64,000 nucleotides of DNA from Bugula neritina. Its lineage: Eukaryota > Animalia > Bryozoa. Under the pieces are notes generated by a model that had not been told where the DNA came from, made no database searches, and worked only from the letters and a program-made list of their open reading frames with translations. Shown piece by piece: positions 37,445 to 50,400 of this stretch. The DNA lies in the NCBI GenBank assembly GCA_964035545.1, contig OZ037771.1:1127628-1191627 (forward strand), in the 5' to 3' direction. Position numbers and translations under genes: made by a program. Within the stretch, counting starts at the first letter, position 1, and each line of letters opens with the position of its first letter.

Positions 37445-38856
37445 TTCTATTTTATAAAGCTATTATTTATCATCTCGAAAATGGTTCACAGTGTCACAAG
37501 TAAACTTTTCAACCAAACTAGATTGAACAAACCTGTTTCACTTTACTTGGAAGAGATGGTAAATATGGCAGTATTATGATGTAGAGTTTGAGATTATAGC
37601 AGATGTATCACCTTACACTTCCTCCTTGTTTGCAGTATCAGTGAAAAAGAGTAGAAGTCACTCAATTTGGAGATGCTATCAAATGATAAAGGATTAAAAT
37701 AATATTTTGGTTGAATTTAATGCTGTACAGTTCTTCTTAAAATAAAAATACGCTGAATACTTTTGGAGAGCCAAAAATATTGGTTTTTATTTTATTCCTT
37801 TTAGTCTATTCTATTGATAAAACTGCAATGCCATACGATGAAAAAAACAATCCTTTTTTATTTTAGCTTTTAAACTGTATTTTCACAATTTTAATTACTA
37901 CTGCTACTACTATAAATGTCACTATTATTATCACTGTTTTTGTTGCCTATATTGCGATTATTGTTTTCCCACAATACTTTTATACTTTAGTTATTATAGA
38001 CTAATGAAGGAAGTTAGTGAGAGCAAAGATACATGTGCTTTTAGAATAAAAGGATGAAATAGCAGCTGTTTTGTAATATGACGTAGTGGAAAGAGCTGCA
38101 TGCACGTGCTGTTCAGTAAAAATGCATGTTGCATGATTGTTCAATAAAAGCTGTCTCAAGTTTAAAATCAATTTTAATTGTACTTGTTCATATTTTAGTT
38201 TTCCTTAGTGACATAGGGTTAGACACACATCCTTTTGCTGCCCTAAAAATACTGCAGAAATAGCAGCAAACAAGGAAAAGTTTTGTAATATGTTTTGAAG
38301 CTTTTGGATTTTTACGCTTGACCAAGTTTGTTCAAATTAAACTTCTGATTAAAATTTTAGAAACTAATTGTAACAACAGGAATTGGATCTTCAATCTTTG
38401 CGAAATGCATTCATACTTCTGTAATCTGTTTAGCAATATCCTTCCCAGGTATAAATTGCTAATTTTTGCCGTCTTTTCAATCCAAGTTACTCAAGTTATA
38501 AAAGCTACATGTAGCTATCAGTTTTGCACCATGGATATTACGTATTACATTTAATAACAAAGTAGATGTGAACACAAACAGCTGAAAAAAACTGAGTTAC
38601 CCCATAAACTTATTACTTCAAATACCTATTTTACAAAAGTGTGATTTTGTGTGCAACCAGCTGCAGAGGGTTCCAGTTTAGATTATCTCTTTAAAATTTT
38701 GTACTATCTGCAAAACCCAAAACTAGTTCTAAGGAAAAGATTAGGCTATAAGTTGCCGATGAGACATGTCATTCTTTATTAGATGAACTATGTTATTTGC
38801 TCAAGATCTGTTGTAAATAGCTGGTTAATATATAGTCAGCATCTAGTGAGTAATTA

Positions 38857-39149
38857 GTCAGTATACAGTCAGTATACAGTCAGTATACTGTCAGTGTATA
38901 GTCAGTATATAGTCAGTATACAGTCAGTATACTGTCAGTATATAGTCAGTATATAGTCAGTGTATAGTCAGTATACAGTCAGTATATAGTCAGTATACAG
39001 TCAGTATGCAGTCAGTATACAGTCAGTATACTGTCAGTATATAGTCAGTGTATAGTCAGTATATAGTCAGTATACAGTCAGTATACAGTCAGCATATAGT
39101 CAGTATGCAGTCAGTATACAGTCAGTATACTGTCAGTATATAGTCAGTA
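38857..39149. repeat. 11-bp minisatellite
   Basis: Unit GTCAGTATACA / GTCAGTATATA. Confidence 0.95.
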
Positions 39150-41275
39150 GTTACCGAATAGCTAGTCAACAGTTACGGAGTTGCTAGAAAAAACCTTTAA
39201 CCTCAGCATGAGGCAGGCCTGTAGCCTGCAGCTGTACGTGAAGGTAGAGTACAATGTTGCTTCATCTCGTAATTCCTGGTTGACTGAACATATCAAGAAA
39301 TTCCCCTTTTTTTCACCAACAGGCAGACTTGAATAACAATAAAACCAATTTATCTGAAAGAAGGTAGGCAACACTTATTCCATAAGGAAAGTTAATCATA
39401 ATTACTGCAGTTATGTAATGGCACCATTAGGAATAAGGTTTGCATCAGCAAGTGTGTTGTATTGTCAATAGTAATCATCTAATTGGAAGAAGCCTTAGAT
39501 CATGATGAATATAGTAAGAATTAAATGAAAGTGGGACAGAAATACTTCCCTAGGGAATAGATATATTGGCTAGCTGTAAATTTTTTACTTAACTTTTGAA
39601 TCAGATTAAAACAAAATAGCCAATTCGTTGTTTAATATTCCAAAAATCGTGTTAGAAATTAGGATTTGACCTGCTGGCAGTTGTTGTGTACGAGGCCCAA
39701 ATAGGTGGAGCTGACACACCTAACCCCTGATGTTTATAGCTAAAACTGTTATAGGATAGATAGATAACAGAATATTTCTCAGAGTCTTTAACTCTGTATT
39801 CAATATCTGCAGCATATTAACCAACATCGGGAAAAATAATCTGCCATCATTATGGCTTAGCACAAGCAAACCTCTCTATATAATCATACAAACAAAAGGC
39901 AACATTGATAAGTTTCCAACAATGATTGATTAAGACTCATTACTTATTGCACTTCTCATAGGTTGAAACTAATAAAAAAAATGTATTGACATTAATATAA
40001 TTTTCTTTCAAAGTGGGCGACATTCAACATGGCAATGGAATTGTGTTGTATTCTTGTCTCTCTGAAGTGTGAACAGTTTGTTTATATCAAGTCAAAATAC
40101 TTATTGAGTTTAGACATCGATGTTATATGTCATTTAGAAAGAAACTGATAGTTTCAATTGTAACGAGCTATTGAAATGTAAAATGAAGTTGAAAGGTCAT
40201 TTGATCACGAAAAGGACACATGCATTAAATTGTGTACTGTTTATTGAAAAGGAATTATTTAAATTATGACAGGAGAGGTTTGAGCTGGCAGGTGGGATAA
40301 TAACAAACCTGTTCACAGTTTTAGCCTTACTTATTAGCCTTTGGATAATCCATAGCTTTCTTAAATTCTGCCATTAGCTTTATTTTTACAGCCTGAATTA
40401 TTTGCAATTCCAAATGTTGCAAATGTTACTTGTCTGCGTTGAAATTAAGATGAAACACCAAAGATATATATTATATGCATGTAAAGTTTAAAGCTATATA
40501 AATTGATGAAGTTTTAGCTGCAAGTTTGTTAATATTAGTAAAAAAAGTACATGCGTAGATAGATGGGACAAAATATGCTGTATTTTAAAATTCTTAATTT
40601 AGTGACAAAAACTATTTATAGAAATACGGACTACATATATAGAGATTATACTGGAAAAATAAAACAATATATTATAAAAACACTTGATAAAAAAAACATA
40701 AAATATACAGCTTGTAAAGGCATAATAGATGAAAACAAAATAAGAATAACCTTTACTAGTAGCACAACAATATAGATCCCATAAAAACTTATCGTCAATG
40801 GTGAAACAATCTAAGTATAAAAATAACATAGCTATATTTTTATACAGCTGTTATTACCACTATTATAGTAACTATGTACAAAAATATATACAAATATATA
40901 TATATATATATAAGGTATTGTACCAAAAAGTCAATGCGATAAAATATTTTGTTTCAAGACAACTTCCTCAATGGAGTTGGTTATGATAGGGAAAGGGGGT
41001 AAGGGTCATGACTAGCATATGCTGACAGACAGCGTAACTATATTTAACATAACAAGCCGGTCTACTGATAAGTAGCCATCTAAACATGATTGACATGTGC
41101 TTATATACACTAATACGTATCTGCACAGTCCTACACTGTAACACATCTAATTGATGCTCAGACTTCAACTTAATCACTTAATCAAGCCTCTTCCACTTTT
41201 GGGCCACAAACGTCTTCGCTTTCACTAGCAGTATTTAGAGTATAGTCTATATCGTGCGTATATAATATTGTATGC

Positions 41276-41435
41276 AGTATGACTGTATATAGTATGACTG
41301 TAGATAGTATGACTGTAGATAGTATGACTGTATATAGTATGACTGTATATAGTATGACTGTATAGAGTATGACTGTGTATAGTATGACTGTGTATAGTAT
41401 GACTGTATATAGTATGACTGTATATAGTATGACTG
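41276..41435. repeat. 15-bp minisatellite in the angiomotin 3' UTR
   Basis: Unit AGTATGACTGTATAT; starts ~30 nt after the stop codon. Confidence 0.93.
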
Positions 41436-41463
41436 CTTATTGTAGTACAGTCTAAAGTCAAGG

Positions 41464-44400
41464 TCAAACTTGCCATGTCTGCACTTCTAAATTGTCTACT
41501 GAATCTTTAGCAGCTGTCTTGATGCTTTCCATGGAGAGTGAAGGGAGAGTTGAAGAGTGACCTTGAGAAGGGGCAGATATCCGTCTGCTATGCTGTGAGA
41601 CTACAATTATAAACATTAGCCATGTGATGGATGCAGAGATGTTGATAGGCTGGCGGACAGACCACCTGCTGGAAACAACTTTTGAAAATGTGAGATTAAA
41701 CAAGTACTTGCCAGGTGGAAGTCGGGGAGATGTATGCCCTCTCCCACTGAGATTGCATCTTTGTCTGCGTTGTAGAACCTGGACTATGGCATCTTTCTCA
41801 GCACACAATGCTTCTAATGCTTTTAACCTAAACCAGGATAACACAATATCAGATGAAGTTATGGAACTGTCAGTTTAAATAAGAGGTTATACAAGCAAAA
41901 GTCTGACAACCGGACTAGAAAAAGTTCACGTACAATTATACAAGATTAATTCTAGCTGCAGTGTGTCTATACTACAGTCTGCAGTGTGTCTGTACTACAG
42001 TCTGCAGTGACCAATTACAGCTGCACACATTACAAAACATGCACAAGTTTATTTTTATCAACAATTCCTAGGAGAAATTTCTACATTGAGGGTGTATTTC
42101 TGTGGGCTTTGCCGCAAACTATACCACTTTCTAATTCTATAGTGCAATAGAGCCTCTGGTCAGATGACTTTCCTGTACTCATTGCAGACTGAAAAGGAAT
42201 CGGGCCGGGTTCTTTCACAACTCTGTCTCGCGGCCATACATGCTCCTTTGGCATACTTTTATGTAAAAATAGATGCTGGACAATCCAAATTGTCACGGCT
42301 GATTACCCGATTAATATGATTAATTAATTCCTAACTTCTTCTCTTCTAATGATAGAAAATCATTCAAGTACTGTTACCTTCTTTGAAACTCAAAATATGA
42401 TTATTGCAGCTTCAGTTGAATATGAAAAGAAATAAAATTGGGTCTGGTAACAGCATCTAAGAGAGGGAACAAAGAGAAGGGTACTAGAAGAGGAGATGAA
42501 GAGGGGGACAAACAAAGGGGGACTAGAACGGGGAGGGGGACCAGAAGAAGGGGGCGGTGAAGAGAGGGGACTAGAAGGGGAAGGGGTCTGGAAGAAGGGG
42601 GCTGGGAGAAGGGGGGGGGGTACTGAAAGAGGCCACAAAGGATTTGCAAATAGTTGCAGACAAGAACATCCATCATAGCTGGTAGCTGCTGTCACAACAA
42701 GACATGATTGACCTATCAAATAACCTATAAGTTCACACGGAAGGAAAAATTAAACAGAATGAGGATGACTGCATGTCAGAAAGCCGTAGAGGTAGACATT
42801 AAGAAATACTTAAACTATAATAACTGTTTGTTATAGGGCACCATGTCAGGTTAGAGGGTGAAAATAACCTCAGCTCCTTACTTGGCCTCTAAGTGAGCGA
42901 CTCTTTTGTATGCCTGATGGGCCTCATCCATGTATCTCAACTTCTCCGCCTGTTCTTCAAGCAGAATTCTTTCCGATTCTTTGATGTTTTGAGACAAGGC
43001 GGCCATTTTAACTTCCGACTCCTCCTCAATAGTGGCCGAGGCATTAGACTAGACAATAGTATACCAGTAATATAATAATATACGTATATATACCACTAAC
43101 ATAGTAATATATGTATATACCAGTAATATAAAATTATACGTATATATATCAGTAACATAACAATATACATATATGTAGTGTATATAGAAACCTACAATAT
43201 AATAACATATATTTGGACATATAATATTACGCGATAAACTTACTTATTTAAAAGTATGTATATATTCATACCTTTGTCATATTGCATATTCAACGTTCTA
43301 CATTAAACCTTCTATCAACTGTAAAACTCTCTTTAAAAATTATCCTGGTTTTACAACATTTATTCTTGTATACATATACTTATATACTTTATACATATAC
43401 TTATATACTTTATACATATACTTATATACTTTATACACAGACTTATATACTTTATACATAAACTCATATACTTTATACACAGACTTATATACTTTATACA
43501 TATACTTATATACTTTATACATAAACTTATATACTTTATACATAAACTCATATACTTTATACATATACTTATATACTTTATACATATACTTATATACTTT
43601 ATACATATACTTATATACTTTATACATATACTTATATACTTTATACATAAACTTATATACTTTATACATATACTTATATACTTTATACATATACTTATAT
43701 ACTTTATACATATACTTATATACTTTATACATAAACTTATATACTTTATACATATACTTATATACTTTATACACAGACTTATATACTTTATACATATACT
43801 TATATACTTTATACATATACTTATATACTTTATACATATACTTATATACTTTACACAAATATTTATATTGGCTATATAATGCCAAAATACTATCCAATAT
43901 TTACATAAATTTGTCTACTGCACGTTAGTGTGTCCAGGTAACTCAATATACCCATCAAAATAAATGCATTGTACGAAACTTTAATTAAGATGGTATTCCT
44001 AGATGTGTATTATTATATATCAACAAGTATCCTGGAGGCCTGTAGAAGGTAATAAAATATATCAACAAGTACCCTGTAGGCCTGTAGAAGGTAATAAAAT
44101 ATATCAACAAGTACCCTGTAGGCCTGTAGAAGGTAATAAAATATATCAACAAGTACCCTGTAGGCCGCAAGCTCCTCTGCCAACAATTTAGACTCAGATT
44201 TTTCTGACTCCAATTCTTTTTTCAACGCTTGTACTTTAATCTGATGAGAGCTGATTGTCTCCTTTTGTTCTGAGGCTAAAAAATCAAACACAGTTAAACT
44301 GACCGACCTGAAAGAGGAGCCTTAGACCATGTTATCATGACCTAAGGCTAAATATTCATATTCCCAGACAATCAATTCTAAGTCATCCTTGAGCCAATGT

Positions 44401-47400
44401 AGCCATGCTGCCAGAGAAGTAAAACCTTAGACTTACTCAATGAAGTCAGTTGGCGAATCGTCTCCTCGTGTTTGTTGATGAGCATGCTCATGTCACTCAG
44501 CATTGACGACTGGTCTGACACCGTCTTCTCCAGCACCACTGCTTTCTCTGCAACAGCCAATCAAATGGTGACAATTGTCCACCAACTATAATTGCAAGTA
44601 ATAAACCCTTTCTAGCTGTAAAAAATATACAGAGTATACAGAGTATACAGAGTATACAGAGTATACAGAGTATACAGAGTATACAGAGTATACAGAGTAT
44701 ACAGAGTATACAGAGTATACAGAGTATACAGAGTATACAGAGTATACAGAGTATACAGAGTATACAGAGTATACAGAGTATAGAGAGTATACAGAGTATA
44801 GAGAGTATAGAGAGTATACAGAGTAGACAGAGTATAGAGAGTAGACAGAGTATAGAGAGTATACAGAGTATACTCTGTATATACTGTATACTCTGTATAC
44901 AGAGTTGAAGAAAAAAGCCTTGGCTGAGGTCGATAACACCAAGTTTGGTTTCTATTGTTTTGGTTGTAAAGTTTATTGGCAGTTCATAAACAGTGTTTTC
45001 ATAACTTTATCTTGAGGCTATATATTAAGTAATATTCATATTAAGTAATTAACACACCAATTATTTACAGTAACGCAACCTACATCCTGATAGGGTGGAA
45101 AGTTATATAAGCTTGAAACCTGGAAACTATGACATCAAACTTTATTAATTATAAAACAATTTTAGACTGAACTTTAAAGAGTTGTGAATCTAAGGTTCAA
45201 ACAATAGAACTGTTGAGAAATGTGTTTGAACACTTTTAATTTATTTTGGTCCTTTTTAAATTACAAATACAACATGCCTAAATATATTAGAACTCATTGG
45301 TAAACAAGTCTTCATCGAGAGGTTACTAGTTTGGTGCACACTTGCTTTTACTTCCAGCAAGTCTTTTATTGCTACTGAAGCCGTGTTGGAGCTAGCTTAT
45401 TCTTCAAACACTGCAATAGTCTGCTATACTTTAATATGTATCTAACGCTTTCTCCTGCAGCTATTGTTATATTAGCTCACAAAGCTAGATTCTGAAAGAT
45501 GTAATTCATCAAGTCAATGCTTCATGTAATGCAGTTAGTTCATCTACCTTGAATTTAATGTACAAGAACAGGGCAATTGTGTTCTTTCTTCTTATATGCA
45601 TTGGCTGGTGTAATTATAAAAACAAAAAGAACAGAAGTTTGCTAGAATTTTTCTTGAGGTTTATGCAGCCAAGTAAATAAAGGAAAATAGTCGCAATGAA
45701 GTCAAAGGCAAGAAAACTAGTACCTGTTTATTACAATGAATTGCATGCAGTAAAGTACTGTCAAAGGCTTGCGGCGTACAAGTGGTCAAAAAGAGTGTAC
45801 TTAAATAGATGGCCAACTGAATGCAAATCTCTTGTGGGACATCAATGTGAAGGTGGCAGAGTGAATGCATTGTGATTTGACTAGTTAGGGGCATTTCCTG
45901 ACATGTCACAGTATTTATTGACCAGGAAACCATTAAATCTGAACATAAAAAGGAAGGAAGAAATTATATTATAAAACAGGAAGGTTAATTATTAATCTAT
46001 AGAGAAAATTGGGCAGTAACATCTCCACCTCCACTAAACGGCTTTTATTAGATCTTGAAAAGAAATCTTCAAGCACTTTTCAGCATAAAATATTGGTTAT
46101 AAAACGGCCCAAGAATTTATATAAAGTTGCAAAATGTATAATTGTGCAGGACAAGGTATGTTCTTGCATATATAATTAGCAGCAATGATACCATGAATTA
46201 TAAAGAATCCAGGTAAGTGAGCAAAGCTAAATATATTGGCTAAAGTAGATCCACCCTAGCCCTAAGGGCTATACAGAGCCCCCCACCTGTAGGGTGAGAA
46301 ATTGAGACACAAAATGGTCTGGGATTAACTTATTTTTACAACAATCTGAGTCTATGCCGTTTATTTTTACACAAAGTTTTAAATCAAATAAAATTAAAAA
46401 AATTGTAATGAAAAGACAGCCCTGTGACAAAAGAGGCCTAAGCTTATTAGAAGAATAACAATTTTGATCGGTCAATGATTCATAAAGTGATTAAGTAGAG
46501 CTAATAAAATTCCCTGACGTAAGTTTAGTAGCCATGTGAGAATACCACCCCAGGGTGAGACCTGAGAAATAAGTTACACAACAGCTTGCAGTCCAGATGA
46601 TCCCCCACTTGAAGCACAACGCTCTCTTATCCTTTCTCAAATAGAAGCCCTGTCAACAAGGCCTGGTGAGGTGGGGTGCAGCTTTGATGGTGTTAAATTT
46701 ATCTCATATTATAGCAGTTAGAAGTAGAAGAACAACCGCAACCCAAACTGGAAATTATAAACCTAAGCAAATAGAAAATGTATGGCGTAGTGCATGTTCT
46801 ACGCAAGTGAACTAATAGAGGGTAGGTAGGCTAGAACATGACTTCATAATATCTACTAATTTAAAAGATTTTAATAAGTTTGGTAGTTCTAAAAATAAGG
46901 CAATTAATAATATTGTTTCCTTAAAATGTCGTGCCAGCAAGTCCTGGTTACTTGATCCTGAAAGACTGGATGATTATTACAATATAGACCTACATGAAGA
47001 CAAAATTAAAAAAAAAAGAAAAACAATCGATGCTTCATGTAGGGCTGAAAGAGAAAGTTTCGAAATTTTACCATGGAGGAGGTAAAATTTTGTAACACTA
47101 GTGTTTGGAAAATGCCAAAACATGGTAACCAAGTGGTGATCACGGCTACCTTTGTTGGATAACAGTTATTGTGAGCAACAGACAAAGATGTGTCTACTGG
47201 CCTATCTCTTAGGGGAACAATTAAACTGGTTATTTAAGATAAACATTAAAGTATTTTAAGAAAAGAATACATAACATTGCCACCTCCAAGGCTATTGGAG
47301 ACAATATATCACGGATATAGCCCACTAGTTAGATGACAAACAAAAATAGAAACATAGTAGGAGCCAAAGTATTGACAATGAGTAGGATGTGCTTAGTTCA

Positions 47401-50400
47401 ACAATGATCAGTATGAAGGAGTAGCTAAGTCAATGATTTGGAAGTTAGTTCTTTTTGACTTTCTAGAAGAATACAGACAGCCATGTTCAGATTGTGTAGC
47501 CATGGCATTTAAATTATATATAAAATTCTTTCAGATTCTTCAAATACAATAATTTTTGTTGCCTCAATGTCGCCAAAACTAGGTTAAGCAAAACTTAGGA
47601 TATTAGCAATATTTCCAAATTGATAGATACATGTTTATTATTGATGTTGACTTGTTTTTATTTATTTCCAAATCTGACAAATTTACAGAAAAATTAAAAC
47701 AGAAAACAAATTAAGGTAGCAGCAATCTTTCAAGTGCATCCTGAACCATTAGTCCCTTGCAAAGGTTTAATGAGTGCCTAGCATATGGTTAATTTATATT
47801 TATATTTAGTTAATGTTTTCAGGAGTTAAATTTTAGTTACACAACAGCTGTAATGACCTTGAGTGCTCAATTTCAATGCCATTGCAATGACATAAAAATA
47901 AACCAAATCCATAAAAAGTGTGATGTACAGCACATCAAAACCTTCTGTAATTATCCTACTACTATAGCTACAGTCTATTACCAATCATTTACCAGCAATG
48001 ATCAATTAGCAGTTGTTAATTTGGAACTAAATTAATCACACAAATTCTGAATGCAGTAATTAAACTATGTTCTATTAAACTCAGCTGATTGCGTAATTGA
48101 AAAGTTATGAAACAATTATACTTTAACATCTTTGGAATCACAAAATGTTGCAACAATGAAAGACTTGGCATGGAAACCATGAATAGAGTTAGAAAATGAA
48201 GGCATCTTCTGTCATTGTGACATGAATTTCATACAAACTACACATCCTCTTTCTTAATATCAAAAGCAGCTGCTGAAATCTGTCCAAAATAAAGTTATTA
48301 GCTGAAAAATAAACTAAACCACCAATGTGTGAACAGTGCCATTTGTCACGAGTTTTAAAAGACATTCAAGTTACCAGCAAGTACTAAAGTACTAAAGCCC
48401 GCCACTACTCAACCGAATACTAGAATTTTTAAAATCCTTCTCAGTCAAATGGCTAAACTAAACTAGAATGAAATTAACGCTGCAGTTAAAAACTTGCTTC
48501 AGTAGCAAAATAGAACTAGAACTTTACATCTTGTAATAGTTTAGGGGTGGGGGACTCTAGCCCCTTACAATTACCATGATTCTGGTGATTTGAAGCCTCC
48601 AGATTCTTAATATTGAGATCCTGTCGCATCCTGATGGCGTTGGAGAGACCCTCCTTCTTCACAGAAGACTTCACCAGACTGTTGTGAGCTTCGTGCACCT
48701 TCTGCAGCTCACACTCAATCTAAACATTCCTCCGTCAAATTAATGTCCGTCACAAAATCTCAACTCACTTGATTAGAACAATCAGATCATTATAGACAGC
48801 ATGATGAGCAATGTAGAGTGAACAAAAAAGTATGGTGTGAAGGAATTGATAAAGATGTAAGCTACAGAAGACTACAGGAAATACAATGCCGAAGAGAGCT
48901 TCTGCAGCTGCATGTCTGAGGGCAACATTGCAGGGAGAGAAGAACTTGTAGAGAGCTAAGGGTACTACTGATAAGGGTGACAGTGTGAGCAGGAGCTAAG
49001 GCTACTACTGAGAGGGGTGACAGTGTGAGCAGGAGCTAAGTAAAGCAACCCGGAAGAACAGATACACAGGGAAGTACCAATTACCAGGCAGCAATAACAA
49101 TTACCTCACAGATAGACTAGACTGCTAAATATAACTCCAGGAAGTTGTGAAACCAAATAAAACGACTAAATATCTGTTATCTAACAACTACACAAGTACG
49201 GCAAGCAGGTATGTAAGACAGAGTGGTGGTGTGTAAGACAGAGTGGTAGTGTGTAAGACAGAGTGGTGGTATGTAAGACAGAGTGGTGGTGTGTAAGACA
49301 GAGTGGTGGTATGTAAGATAGAGTGGTGGTGTGTAAGATAGAGTGGTGGTGTGTAAGACAGAGTGGTGGTATGTAAGACAGAGTGGTGGTATGTAAGACA
49401 GAGTGGTGTGTAAGACAGAGTGGTGGTATGTAAGACAGAGTGGTGGTGTGTAAGACAGAGCGGTGGTATGTAAGATAGAGTGGTGGTGTGTAAGATAGAG
49501 TGGTGGCGTGTAAGACAGAGTGGTGGTATGTAAGACAGAGTGGTGGTTTGTAAGATAGAGTGGTGGTGTGTAAGACAGAGTAGTAGTGTGTAAGACAGAG
49601 TGGTATGTAAGACAGAGTGGTGGTGTGTAAGACAGAGTGGTGGTATGTAAGACAGAGTGGTGGTGTGTAAGACAGAGTGGTGGTGTGTAAGACAGAGTGG
49701 TGGTGTGTAAGACAGAGTGGTGGTATGTAAGACAGAGTGGTGGTATGTAAGACAGAGTGGTGGTGTGTAAGACAGAGTGGTGGTATGTAAGACAGAGTAG
49801 TAGTATGTAAGATAGAGTGGTAGTATGTAAGATAGAGTGGTGGTGTGTAAGATGGAATATCAGATAGAGGGACACACCTTGTGGAGACGAGAAGCCTTCT
49901 TGTAGTAACCTTCCAACTCATTTCTAAGACCCTTATTTTCTTCTGAGAGTATTTCTACCATCTGCGAAGCCCGAGTGGCCAGAGCAGCGAAATCTTGTTG
50001 TTGTTCAGAATCCAACAAACGAGAAGATCTGCAACATTCAATGCAGACGTCACATAGATAATGAGTGCAGACGTGACAACCTCAGCGCAGACGTGACACA
50101 GATAATGAGTGCAGACGTGACACAGATAATCAGCGGAGACGTGACACAGATACTGAGTACAGACTTGACAAACTCAGCGCAGACGTGACACAAAATACAG
50201 ACATCACACATAGATACTGAATGCAGTGTAAACTAACATTATAGGCAAAATGAGTTCTCAGACTATTAAACTCACAAGAATGTTGTGTTTTTGAGACAGA
50301 AGTGTGGAAAGAGGATGAAATGAGGAGACAACCACTCACTTGTATGACTGAGATGAGTAGTGACTAGATTGGTGAGATGCAAAAGGCAACTGAGCCCCAG

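Noticed and set aside
42390-42719. Pro/Ser-rich ORFs
   Set aside because: Purine-rich low-complexity tract on plus, inside an angiomotin intron; flanking exons already join in phase.
43340-43897. Long periodic ORFs (also 12058-12417, 44586-44942, 49177-49921, 53561-53947, 34276-34726)
   Set aside because: Translations of tandem repeats with no coding or splice support.
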